From contig CAVULX010000003.1 of NCBI GenBank assembly GCA_963742415.1, positions 192,001 through 256,000 on the forward strand: a stretch of 64,000 nt of DNA. The letters are read 5' to 3'. Shown one piece after another: positions 20,753-30,522 of the stretch; position 1 is the stretch's first letter; each line of letters starts with the position of its first letter. Under the pieces are notes generated by a model. It saw only the letters and a program-made list of their open reading frames with translations. It made no database searches and was not told the origin of the DNA. The DNA comes from an uncultured Parachlamydiaceae bacterium. Its GTDB lineage: Bacteria > Chlamydiota > Chlamydiia > Chlamydiales > Parachlamydiaceae. The position numbers and the translations under genes are program-made.

Positions 20753-22582
20753 ATGTGTGGCATCTTTGGTTACATAGGAAAGAAAAATCCTGTCAAAATG
20801 GTCATGAACGGTCTCAAACGGCTCGAATACCGAGGCTATGACTCTGCGGGCATTGCAGGGCTCAAAGATGGAAAAATTTATTATTGCAAAGAGGTGGGTA
20901 AAGTTTCGATCCTTGAGCAAACTGTTGAAGAAGCCCACTTGGATCTTGATGTAGCTATCGCGCAAACACGCTGGGCAACCCATGGAAAACCCTCTCAAGT
21001 GAATGCCCATCCCCACTTTGATTCCCAGCATATGTTAGCTTTAGTGCATAATGGGATCATAGAAAATTACGAATCGCTTCGTCATCAATTGAAAGAAAAA
21101 GGGGTCAAATTTGTCTCAGAAACAGATACAGAAGTCATTGCCCAATTGATTGGCAGCTGTTATCAAGGGGACATTTTAAAGGCCACTCAGGAAGTGGTCC
21201 CTCTGCTCCAAGGAGCCTATGCTTTTGCTCTCGTCCATCGCGATCACCCCGGATTGATCATCGCAGTTGCACATAAAGCCCCACTCGTCATCGGGATAGG
21301 TGCTCAAGAGGCTTTTGTCTCCTCTGACTCCAATGCTTTTGCTGCCCATACCCGAGAAGTAGTCTTCCTCGAAAACGGGGAAATCGCTGTCGTGAGAGCG
21401 GACCATTTGGAAATTTACGATTCCTCCATGGCTATGATCACCAAACAAACAGAGCTTCTCTCCGAGCATGCTGAAGACGTCTCGAAAGGAATTTACGAGC
21501 ATTACACTCTGAAAGAAATCCATGAGCAGCCCCAAGCCATCCGCAATGCCCTTCTTTCCCGCTTCATCGACGATTATGGAACGGCTGTTTTCGAGGAACT
21601 TCACTTCAGCATGAACGAATTACTAGCTGTCCAGCGAATTATGATTCTTGCGGCCGGAACCTCCTGGCACGCAGGGTTTGTGGCCTCCTATATGATCGAA
21701 GATCTGGCCCGGATCCCTGTGCAAGTGGAAATTTCTTCCGAATTCCGTTACAAAAATCCTGTGGTCCCCCCCGATACGCTTCCGATCGCCATTAGTCAAT
21801 CGGGAGAAACAGCTGATACGATCGCGGCAATCAGAGAATTGAAGGCTAAAGGCTCCAAAGTCCTTTCGATTTGCAATGTTTATGGTTCAACAATCGCCCG
21901 GGAATCTGATGCCTGTATTTTTCTCCGCGCCGGACCCGAAATTGGGGTCTGTTCTACCAAAGCATTCACTAGTCAGATGATCGTTCTTTCCCTTTTTACC
22001 CTATTGATGGCAAGGATGCGCAACATGGGCAAGTCAGAAGGGCAAAACTTTTTAAATGCTTTAAAAAAACTGCCGGAGCAAGTGCAGGTCGTTTTAGACA
22101 ATTCAAAGCATATTCAGGCCATCGCAAAAAAATATGCAAACCATGAAAGCTTCTTTTTTCTCGGCCGCAACTACATGTATCCGGCTAGCTTGGAAGCGGC
22201 TTTGAAATTGAAAGAGATCTCTTATATCAATGCGAATGGGTATCCCGCAGGGGAATTAAAGCATGGCCCCATTGCTTTGATCAATGAGAATTGCCCCTCA
22301 GTTGCATTGTGTGCAAATAAGCTCACCTCAGAAAAAGTGCATAGCAATTTAATGGAGGTTAAAGCGCGCAATGGAAAGATCATAACAATAGTGGAGCAGA
22401 GCCAGGTTAAAATTTTCGATCCCATTTCCGATGATATGATCATTATTCCAGATACCCTCGACGAACTCGCTTGCATTCCCTCGATAGTTGCAAGCCAGTT
22501 GTTGGCTTACTATATCGCCAAGGAGCGGGGGGCTGACATCGACCAGCCTCGCAATCTCGCCAAATCTGTCACCGTAGAATAA
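20753..22582 (+). CDS. glmS: Glutamine--fructose-6-phosphate aminotransferase
   Basis: MCGIFG, LEYRGYDSAG, TRWATHG, SQSGETADT and PRNLAKSVTVE. Confidence 0.98.
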   Translation: MCGIFGYIGKKNPVKMVMNGLKRLEYRGYDSAGIAGLKDGKIYYCKEVGKVSILEQTVEEAHLDLDVAIAQTRWATHGKPSQVNAHPHFDSQHMLALVHNGIIENYESLRHQLKEKGVKFVSETDTEVIAQLIGSCYQGDILKATQEVVPLLQGAYAFALVHRDHPGLIIAVAHKAPLVIGIGAQEAFVSSDSNAFAAHTREVVFLENGEIAVVRADHLEIYDSSMAMITKQTELLSEHAEDVSKGIYEHYTLKEIHEQPQAIRNALLSRFIDDYGTAVFEELHFSMNELLAVQRIMILAAGTSWHAGFVASYMIEDLARIPVQVEISSEFRYKNPVVPPDTLPIAISQSGETADTIAAIRELKAKGSKVLSICNVYGSTIARESDACIFLRAGPEIGVCSTKAFTSQMIVLSLFTLLMARMRNMGKSEGQNFLNALKKLPEQVQVVLDNSKHIQAIAKKYANHESFFFLGRNYMYPASLEAALKLKEISYINANGYPAGELKHGPIALINENCPSVALCANKLTSEKVHSNLMEVKARNGKIITIVEQSQVKIFDPISDDMIIIPDTLDELACIPSIVASQLLAYYIAKERGADIDQPRNLAKSVTVE

Positions 22583-22600
22583 CCTCAAACTAGGCACAGT

Positions 22601-22763
22601 GAAAAAACAGGATAAGCAAGATCGTAAACGGCAGGATAAGCAAGATATTGATTAAAGATTAAGAATATGCGGATATGATTGAGTTAAGACTATTCAAAAA
22701 CATCGTTTTTTCTTTTATCTTGCTTATCCTGCCGTTTACGATCTTGCTTATCCTGTTTTTTCC
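22601..22763. repeat. Palindromic repeat, family C
   Basis: GAAAAAACAGGATAAGCAAGATCGTAAACGGCAGGATAAGCAAGATA and its exact complement; related to 13447-13611. Confidence 0.88.
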
Positions 22764-22969
22764 TTCTCTGACTATTTTGACAGTCTAAAATCAAGTTACC
22801 TAGGGATGTCTGAAGTGAAGAAGAAACTAAGAAAATGAACCGACTATCCCTCACTTCCCCCCGCTCAGTGGTTTTTTATTTTTTTATTGATTTAGCAATA
22901 ACGCATTGAAGGGAATTTTTTAATTGGATAAAGTAGCAAAAAGAATTTATTTAAATTTAAAAGCTACTT

Positions 22970-23530
22970 ATGAGGTTTTTTCCTAATTCCAAAAAGGTCA
23001 AATCTAAGCTTGTAAAAGAATTTGAAGGGAAAAAAATTCTTGATCTGAGCCGATCCTCGAAAGGAACCTTTGAAAAAATAGCCCCCTCCACTCCCCATCC
23101 CGTTGCTTTTAATCACGACTTAACCAAATTTCCATGGCCTATTGCCGATAACGCCTATGATTTAATCCTTTGCCAAAATGTCATTGAGTATTTGCCCGAT
23201 ACAATCAAAACATTGGAGGAACTGAACCGGATCACCACCCCTGGTGGTAAAATTTTTATTGAAACTCCCCATTTTACAAGGTTTGAATCCTACCGCCCTT
23301 TTGAATTCCATCACCGCTTCTCATGCTGTGCGTTCGACTTTTTTACCAAGGGCAACCCCTACTATAAAACCGATTTTCACGTAACGGACAAGTATATTTT
23401 TTTTGATGATCTCGCATTTCTTCTTGGGATCGGATTTTTAGCTAACTTTTTTCCACGGCAATACGAAAAAAGGTTGGCTTTCATCTTTCCCGCCACTTCC
23501 TTTTATGTCACCTTTCTAGTCGACAAATAA
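22970..23530 (+). CDS. SAM-dependent methyltransferase-like protein
   Basis: HDLTKFPWPIADNAYDLILCQNVIEYL and ELNRITTPGGKIFI; the glycine-rich motif I looks degenerate. Confidence 0.65.
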   Translation: MRFFPNSKKVKSKLVKEFEGKKILDLSRSSKGTFEKIAPSTPHPVAFNHDLTKFPWPIADNAYDLILCQNVIEYLPDTIKTLEELNRITTPGGKIFIETPHFTRFESYRPFEFHHRFSCCAFDFFTKGNPYYKTDFHVTDKYIFFDDLAFLLGIGFLANFFPRQYEKRLAFIFPATSFYVTFLVDK

Positions 23531-23588
23531 CCCTTGAAAATGTACAGTTTTAACTCAAGGTCAAAAAAATTTGGATAAAGCAGCAAAA

Positions 23589-24773
23589 ATGAACACAAAA
23601 GCAAGTGGAAGTTTGTTAGGCGGAACCCTTCTCGTCGCGGGCACCACTATTGGCGGCGGAATGTTGGGCCTCCCTATTCTTACCGGTTTAGGTGGATTTG
23701 CCCCTTCTTTGGTGGTTTACTTCTTTTGCTGGTTATTTATGGCTAGCACTGGCTTGCTCCTTTTAGAAGTCTGTTTATGGATTAAAGGGGAGTCGAACAT
23801 CGTCACCATGGCTAAAAAAACCCTTGGAAAACCAGGTGAATTTTTTGCTTGGGGCCTGTATTTGTTTCTTTTCTATTGTTTGACATTGGCTTACATTGTC
23901 GGATGCGGCAGCATCATTGCCGACCTTTTGGGTTCCCAAATTCCGCAATGGCTCGGATGCATCCTTTTCCTCCTTTTTTTTGGACCTTTTGTCTATTGGG
24001 GTCCCCATGTAGTAGGAAAACTAAACTTCCTTTTAATGGCCGGTTTAGCCGTCACCTTTTTCACTTTTGTTTTTCTGGGAAGTCAATATATAGACAGCAA
24101 GTTGTTGACATATAAAAATTGGTCTTTATCCCTCATCGGCCTTCCGATCTCGTTTGCTGCATTTGCTTATCAGGGGACGATCCCCACTTTGGCTCACTAT
24201 ATGCAATATGACGCCAAGAGAATCCGAACAGCCATTGTAGTGGGTAGTTTCATCCCCCTCATCGCCTATGTGATATGGCAATCCTTGATTTTGGGAATTG
24301 TCCCTGTGGAAGGACCCTATGGTTTGCAACATGCTTTTCAAAATGGGGACAACGCTGTCCAAGCTCTCAAACACTACATCCAAAACCCCCTCATTTTTCA
24401 CTTAGGACAATACTTTGCTTTCTTTGCGCTTGTGACCTCATTTTTTGGGGTGACCCTGGGTCTTTTGGATTTTCTTGCCGACGGATTAAAAATCAAAAAA
24501 ACACCTTCGGGAAAGCTCTTTCTGTGCTTTCTGGTTTTTATTCCCCCTCTGATTATTGGGATTATTTATCCCCATGTCTTCCTTCAAGCATTAGATTATG
24601 CTGGAGGGTTTGGATGTGCTCTCCTCCTCGGTTTACTCCCTATCCTGATGGTGTGGGTTGGCCGTTACCGACTGGGTTACCCGTCCGTTTGGACTTTGCC
24701 CGGGGGGCGAGTCTCCCTTATCCTCTTGATCCTTTTTGTCCTGTTTGAATTAGCCTGCGAAATATTTCATTAA
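23589..24773 (+). CDS. tyrP: Aromatic amino acid permease (TyrP/Mtr family)
   Basis: LLVAGTTIGGGMLGLP, about 11 transmembrane segments and TSFFGVTLGLLDFLAD. Confidence 0.9.
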   Translation: MNTKASGSLLGGTLLVAGTTIGGGMLGLPILTGLGGFAPSLVVYFFCWLFMASTGLLLLEVCLWIKGESNIVTMAKKTLGKPGEFFAWGLYLFLFYCLTLAYIVGCGSIIADLLGSQIPQWLGCILFLLFFGPFVYWGPHVVGKLNFLLMAGLAVTFFTFVFLGSQYIDSKLLTYKNWSLSLIGLPISFAAFAYQGTIPTLAHYMQYDAKRIRTAIVVGSFIPLIAYVIWQSLILGIVPVEGPYGLQHAFQNGDNAVQALKHYIQNPLIFHLGQYFAFFALVTSFFGVTLGLLDFLADGLKIKKTPSGKLFLCFLVFIPPLIIGIIYPHVFLQALDYAGGFGCALLLGLLPILMVWVGRYRLGYPSVWTLPGGRVSLILLILFVLFELACEIFH

Positions 24774-24778
24774 AATAC

Positions 24779-24812
24779 AAGGGCCTCAGACTTGACAAGT
24801 CCGAGGCCCTTT
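24779..24812. terminator. Hairpin terminator after tyrP
   Basis: AAGGGCCTCAGACTT-GAC-AAGTCCGAGGCCCTT. Confidence 0.65.
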
Positions 24813-24878
24813 ACGCCAATCACAAACTTTTGTTTGTGATGTAGTCCTTTAGATTTTTAATCTAAAGCACTTCATATT

Positions 24879-25277
24879 TTACCAGCCCCAAGAGAATCCG
24901 ACAGATGGGTTGTCATAATAGTAGTTATATGGATCGTAGTAACCGCCGTCGTTATAATAGGGATAATAATAGTTATTATAATAGGGATAACCACCATAGA
25001 AGTAGTAACCTTGATTCCATCCGCCATCCCAACGATCTCCATCATGAAAATGGCCGCCATCGCGGAAGCCACCTCCGCGGAATCCTCCACCATCGCGGAA
25101 TCCTCCGCCGTGTCCTCCACCGCCATGACCACCATGGCCACCATGATCCGCTACTTGCGTAGGTGCATTACTTACACCAATCCCTTCGCTTGCTAAGGCT
25201 TTTTCAATACCAAAAGGAGCGACCATTATAAAAAGTAATAATGCAATGGGCACATAATAGCGTTTAAGGAAATACAT
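24879..25277 (-). CDS. Secreted Gly/His- and Tyr-rich low-complexity protein
   Basis: Signal-peptide-like N-terminus, GGHGG/GGGFR repeats, YYPYY tract and C-terminal FSWGW; RBS GGGAGG upstream. Confidence 0.75.
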   Translation of the reverse strand: MYFLKRYYVPIALLLFIMVAPFGIEKALASEGIGVSNAPTQVADHGGHGGHGGGGHGGGFRDGGGFRGGGFRDGGHFHDGDRWDGGWNQGYYFYGGYPYYNNYYYPYYNDGGYYDPYNYYYDNPSVGFSWGW

Positions 25278-25679
25278 ACAGACCTCCCCTTATTTAGGGT
25301 GTCTTGGAAAAAAAAGGGGGATTGTAAACGCCCGTGTCTTCGATCCCCTAGGATCGGACTATGGTGTGATATTTAAGGTAAAATAAGAAAACCGAGGAGC
25401 TAATTTGGACCTTGATTTTCGTTACCCTAAATCCAAGCATCCACTCATCCAGGCTAGTAAGAAACTTTCTCCGTTCTTACCATTGGACGTTTACACTTGC
25501 CCTCTAAAATGTTATTACATGATAGCTGCCAGGGGGCAGTATCATGTATGGCAGAAAGCGGATATAATCTTCCTCTTTCTCTACCCCCATTATATAAAGG
25601 GGGTTTATAGCCGTCAACATCTATTTTTAATGTTATAACAACCTTAAATTAAATGACTTAAGTTTTTATAAGTGCCTGT

Positions 25680-26114
25680 TCAGGAGGGGACATCTTTTCT
25701 TTCCAAAACGGCCAAACGGAGGCGATTGACAGAAACAAGGGCTTGATTTTCATCGACAATAAGGATTTCCCACACTTGGGAACTTCGGCCCAGATGCAAG
25801 GGCTTTGCAGTTCCGAAAACATATCCTTTTTGAACCATTTTAATATGGCTGGTATTGATTTCCATTCCCACGCAATAAGAGCGCTCGTCGACACAAAAAT
25901 TTGCCGCGACACTGGCCACTGTTTCCGCTAAGACGCAAGAGGCCCCTCCATGCATAATTCCATGAGGCTGGCGAGTCCGATCATCAACGGGCATACGTCC
26001 GACTAAAAAATCATCTCCAATATCGGTAAGCTCAATCCCTAAATAATCAACCATCGTATTGGCTCGAGAAGCAGCTGCCTCTTGCAGAGTAAATTTTTGT
26101 TTCCAGATCTTCAT
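25680..26114 (-). CDS. Hotdog-fold thioesterase (MenI/YdiI-like)
   Basis: MPVDDRTRQPHGIMHGGASCVLAET and VGMEINTSH. Confidence 0.9.
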   Translation of the reverse strand: MKIWKQKFTLQEAAASRANTMVDYLGIELTDIGDDFLVGRMPVDDRTRQPHGIMHGGASCVLAETVASVAANFCVDERSYCVGMEINTSHIKMVQKGYVFGTAKPLHLGRSSQVWEILIVDENQALVSVNRLRLAVLERKDVPS

Positions 26115-29100
26115 TCATCCCTCTCTTACATATTCTCGTACTGATTTGATGAGCATTTTAACAGGATTTAATTCTGCAAGGCATTGGAGAAAGAGTAAAG
26201 CAACGTGGAGATTGGTAATTAAAGGAACATGGCAGTCGATCGCCAGCCGCCGAATTTTAAATCCATCTGTTTTAGTATTTTCCGAACTTAAAGTTCGGGG
26301 AATGTTGATGATCAGGTCCACCTGTTTATTTGCAATAAACGTTGTCACGTTAGGCTCCACTTCTTCGCTAGCTTTGTATAAAAAACTGGACCCGATCCCA
26401 TTTCGGCATAGGAAGTCATGCGTGTTTTCAGTGGCATAAAATTCCCATCCTTGTTCATCGAGCTTTTGGATAGCAGGCAACAGGCGAGGTTTTTTATCCC
26501 CTCCAATGCTGACAAGGATTTTTTTTCCTTTAACCGCTTGCTCTGTGGCTAGCCAGGATTTGTAAAAAGCCTCCAACAGGTGATCTCCAAAACAAGCCAC
26601 CTCTCCTGTCGAGGCCATCTCTACATGGGCGACAGGATTGGCACCCTTTAAACGGCTATAAGAAAATTGAGGGGTTTTAACGCTGACATAATCGAGTTCC
26701 AGTGTCTCATAGGACTGCGGCTTATGTTTTCCTAATAAAACTCGGGTGGCAATTTCGATGAAATTATGATTGGTCACTTTGGATACGAAAGGAAATGAAC
26801 GGGAAGCCCTCACATTGCATTCGATGACTTTAATGGCATTGTCGATAGCAATGAATTGGATATTGAAAGGACCAGTGATCTGAAGAGCTTTAATAATGGC
26901 GCGGGTAATTTTTTTTGTCCGGCGGATCGTTTCCATATATAAACGTTGAGGAGGAAGGACAATCGTGGCATCTCCGGAGTGGATCCCTGCATTTTCGATA
27001 TGCTCGGAAATCGCTTCGATGACAATTTTTCCGTGATCGGCAACACCGTCGACTTCAAGCTCTTTGGCATTGCTGATGAACTGGGTCACGACAACGGGAA
27101 AATCGGGAGAAATGCGTACTGCATCTTGTAAATATTTTTTTAACTCGATGTCGTTGAAAACAATATTCATGGCAGCGCCTGAAAGAACATAAGAAGGGCG
27201 CACCAGCAAGGGATACCCCACTTGGGCAGCAAATTGCTTGGCTTTTTCTAAAGTCGACACTTCTTGCCACAAAGGCTGGTCGATCTGGAGATCGTTGAGA
27301 AGTGCGGAAAATTTTTTCCGATTTTCAGCACGGTCGATTGAATCAGCGGAAGTTCCCAAGAGTGGGTATCCTGCCCTATCAAGGGATAACGCAAGATTAT
27401 TGGCTGTCTGCCCTCCAACAGAAACGACAATCCCTTTTGTTTTTTCAAAATCGCAGATATCTTGAATACGTTCAAAAGTAATTTCTTCAAAATAGAGGCG
27501 ATGGGACTCATCATAATCGGTAGAAACAGTTTCGGGATTGCTGTTGATCATCACCGTCTGTTGCCCAAGCTTCCGCAATGTTTTGACTGCATTGACAGCG
27601 CACCAATCAAATTCAACTGAAGAGCCAATACAGTAAGGTCCAGAGCCCAACACAATAATGGGAGGTATTTTTGAGGGTAAAACATCGTTTGCAGACCCGT
27701 GATAGGTCGTATAAAGATAATTTGTCTCGGCATCAAATTCACCCGCCAAGGTGTCGATCTGCTTAATGCAAGGGATCATCTTATTTGCCAGCCGGGTCTT
27801 TCTAATTTTTTCTTCCGTGCTCCCTTTCAACTTAGCAATGCATTGATCGGAGAACCCCATTTGTTTGGCTTGCTTGAGTAAAAGAGGTGTTAACTTTTTC
27901 TTTTTGATCGTTTTTTCCATTTTGACAATGGAGGAAAGATGGTGCAAAAACCAAGGATCGATGTGAGATAATTGATGGGCTTCCTCGATGGTGCCCTCTT
28001 GTTTAAAAAATTGATACAACGCAAATAAACGTCTGTCGGTAGGCTGTTCGATCTCTATTCGAGGATAGGGGAATGCGTAGGGGTACCCACTCAAGCCGCA
28101 GACCCCTTGGTTTAACATCCTAACGGCTTTTTGCAAGGCTTCGGGAAAGGTGCGTCCAATCGCCATGACTTCCCCGACACTTTTCATTTCTGTTCCAATG
28201 GATCTATCCGCTGCTTTTAACTTTTGAGTATCCCAGCGAGGGATCTTTACCACCATGTAATCTAATGCCGGCTCGAAGAAAGCTGTCGTCATTTTGGTAA
28301 CAGCATTGGGAATTTCATCGAGCCTTTTCCCCAAGGCAAGTTTCGTGGCTACAAAGGCCAAAGGGTATCCAGTCGCTTTTGATGCCAGCGCACTTGAACG
28401 GGATAAGCGGGCATTCATTTCAATGACCCGGTAGTCGCTGGTATGGGGGTTAAGGGCATATTGAATATTGCATTCCCCTACAATATCCATATGGCGGGCG
28501 GTTTTAATGGCCACTTCCCTTAACATGTGAAACTCTTCATTGGTCAGAGTTTGAGATGGTGCCACAACGATGCTTTCCCCTGTATGCACCCCCATGGGGT
28601 CAAAATTCTCCATATTGCACACAGTAATGGCATTGTCATCTTTATCCCTCACGATCTCATATTCAATTTCTTTCCACCCTTTTAAATACTCTTCAATGAG
28701 GATTTGAGGAGCTCCGTTGAGAGCTTCTGTCGCCTTTTTTATCAAGTCGCTTTCATTAGCGACCTTGCCTGAGCCTAAGCCTCCCAACGAAAACCCTGCT
28801 CGCATCATGACCGGATAACCAATGGTCTGAGCGGCAATCACCGCTTGCTTGACGGTCGTGACAGAAAGGCTATTGGGAGTTTTGACTTGAATCGCGTGCA
28901 AAGCCTGCTTGAAAAGCTCTCTGTCTTCTGTCAAACGGATCGATTTAGGGGAGGTCCCTAAAACCTCCACACCATGCTGCTTAAGGATCCCTTTCTCCTC
29001 CAAAGCCAAGCCTAAATTCAAAGCTGTTTGGCCACCCACGCTCAACAAAATCCCTTGGGGTTTTTCTTTAGCTATGATTTGCCTAACCGTCTCTACATTT

Positions 29101-29306
29101 AAGGGCTGTAAATACACCTCATCGGCCATCCCTTGATCAGTTTGCACGGTCGCAATATTTGGATTGACGAGGACTGTGAATATCCCCTCTTCCTTGAGGG
29201 CTTTAATCGCTTGAGAACCGGAATAATCAAATTCTCCTGCTTGCCCTATGCGCAACCCCCCGGATCCCAAGATCAAAACTTTTTTTATTTTTCGTGTACG
29301 CGTCAT
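26115..29306 (-). CDS. carB: Carbamoyl-phosphate synthase large subunit
   Basis: IGQAGEFDYSGSQA, NPNIAT, HTGESIVVAP, NPETVSTDYD, RPSYVLSG, HSGDAT and a C-terminal MGS domain. Confidence 0.97.
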   Translation of the reverse strand: MTRTRKIKKVLILGSGGLRIGQAGEFDYSGSQAIKALKEEGIFTVLVNPNIATVQTDQGMADEVYLQPLNVETVRQIIAKEKPQGILLSVGGQTALNLGLALEEKGILKQHGVEVLGTSPKSIRLTEDRELFKQALHAIQVKTPNSLSVTTVKQAVIAAQTIGYPVMMRAGFSLGGLGSGKVANESDLIKKATEALNGAPQILIEEYLKGWKEIEYEIVRDKDDNAITVCNMENFDPMGVHTGESIVVAPSQTLTNEEFHMLREVAIKTARHMDIVGECNIQYALNPHTSDYRVIEMNARLSRSSALASKATGYPLAFVATKLALGKRLDEIPNAVTKMTTAFFEPALDYMVVKIPRWDTQKLKAADRSIGTEMKSVGEVMAIGRTFPEALQKAVRMLNQGVCGLSGYPYAFPYPRIEIEQPTDRRLFALYQFFKQEGTIEEAHQLSHIDPWFLHHLSSIVKMEKTIKKKKLTPLLLKQAKQMGFSDQCIAKLKGSTEEKIRKTRLANKMIPCIKQIDTLAGEFDAETNYLYTTYHGSANDVLPSKIPPIIVLGSGPYCIGSSVEFDWCAVNAVKTLRKLGQQTVMINSNPETVSTDYDESHRLYFEEITFERIQDICDFEKTKGIVVSVGGQTANNLALSLDRAGYPLLGTSADSIDRAENRKKFSALLNDLQIDQPLWQEVSTLEKAKQFAAQVGYPLLVRPSYVLSGAAMNIVFNDIELKKYLQDAVRISPDFPVVVTQFISNAKELEVDGVADHGKIVIEAISEHIENAGIHSGDATIVLPPQRLYMETIRRTKKITRAIIKALQITGPFNIQFIAIDNAIKVIECNVRASRSFPFVSKVTNHNFIEIATRVLLGKHKPQSYETLELDYVSVKTPQFSYSRLKGANPVAHVEMASTGEVACFGDHLLEAFYKSWLATEQAVKGKKILVSIGGDKKPRLLPAIQKLDEQGWEFYATENTHDFLCRNGIGSSFLYKASEEVEPNVTTFIANKQVDLIINIPRTLSSENTKTDGFKIRRLAIDCHVPLITNLHVALLFLQCLAELNPVKMLIKSVREYVREG

Positions 29307-30367
29307 AATAATTGCTTAAATTTGTCAAAGAGCCAAAGTGTATCGGTAGGGCCTGGAGAAGCTTCAGGATGGAATTGCACAGAAAAAAAAGGTTTGCTTT
29401 TGTGTGCGATCCCCTCCACAGACCCGTCATTAAGGTTTCGAAAGGTCACCCGCCACTCTTTGGGCAGGCTTTTTTCCTCAACGGCATATCCATGATTTTG
29501 ACTTGTGATATAACATCTCGAAGATTCGGTATCGATGCAGGGTTGATTCTGCCCCCGATGGCCAAAATGGAGCTTATAGGTATTTCCGCCGGCGGCAAGG
29601 GCCATCAGTTGTGTTCCTAAGCATATGCCAAAAATTGGTTTGTCTTGCTTAAAAGCTTTTTTTAAATGGGCGATGGTGGGAAGGCATAAGGCAGGATTTC
29701 CTGGGCCGTTTGAGATGAAAACACCATCATAAACGTCATTTGTAAAATCATAATCATGGGGCACTCGATGGATTGTCACTGTCAAGGAGGTTAAAGAGCG
29801 GATGATATTTTCTTTCATCCCGCAATCGATGGCAACGACGACTTTTTTCCCATTTTTGTAAATTTTTTTTTCATTTGGAGAAACATGCCGCACCCAATCT
29901 TCTTGGCTGGTATCGGGAAATGGATGGCTGTAGTTGGCTTTTTTCGTGATCAAACCCATCATCGTTCCGAGCGAACGGAGTTCTTTGGTTAAAGCCCTCG
30001 TATCAACTCCTGAAATTAAAGGAACATTTTGCAAACGGAGCCACTCTGTCAAAGATTGCAATCCTGAATGGTGGCTCCACTGTTCGCAAGCTTCGTTGAC
30101 AACAACCCCGCTAGCATAGATTTTAGAAGATTCCCATTTTTCTGAAGGTGGAACGCCGTAATTTCCGATCAAAGGGTATGTAAAAACAAGGATTTGTCCC
30201 GCATAAGAAGGATCTGTCAAGGACTCGGGATATCCTGTCATTCCTGTCGTAAAAACCACTTCCCCAAAAAAGTTTTTCTGCTGCCATGCGGGAGAAAAAC
30301 CATGAAATATTCTCCCATTTTTTAAACGCAGCGAAGAGGGTTGAAACGGAGCAGAAATAGGCTGCAT
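29303..30367 (-). CDS. carA: Carbamoyl-phosphate synthase small subunit
   Basis: GEVVFTTGMTGY, TDPSYAGQI, SNGPGNP, FGICLG, SQNHGYAV and QFHPEASPGP. Confidence 0.97.
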   Translation of the reverse strand: MQPISAPFQPSSLRLKNGRIFHGFSPAWQQKNFFGEVVFTTGMTGYPESLTDPSYAGQILVFTYPLIGNYGVPPSEKWESSKIYASGVVVNEACEQWSHHSGLQSLTEWLRLQNVPLISGVDTRALTKELRSLGTMMGLITKKANYSHPFPDTSQEDWVRHVSPNEKKIYKNGKKVVVAIDCGMKENIIRSLTSLTVTIHRVPHDYDFTNDVYDGVFISNGPGNPALCLPTIAHLKKAFKQDKPIFGICLGTQLMALAAGGNTYKLHFGHRGQNQPCIDTESSRCYITSQNHGYAVEEKSLPKEWRVTFRNLNDGSVEGIAHKSKPFFSVQFHPEASPGPTDTLWLFDKFKQLL

Positions 30368-30522
30368 GCGATTTTGCCTTCCTATGAATGCAAGTCAAAG
30401 CGATCATACATGAAAGGAATTATTTGTTAAGAAAATTTTACCATGAGGTCTTTTATTGCATATTTAGATTGAAATAAGGTATTTATACGCTGACGCGATC
30501 CAAAAGGATAAGGCTAAAAATC

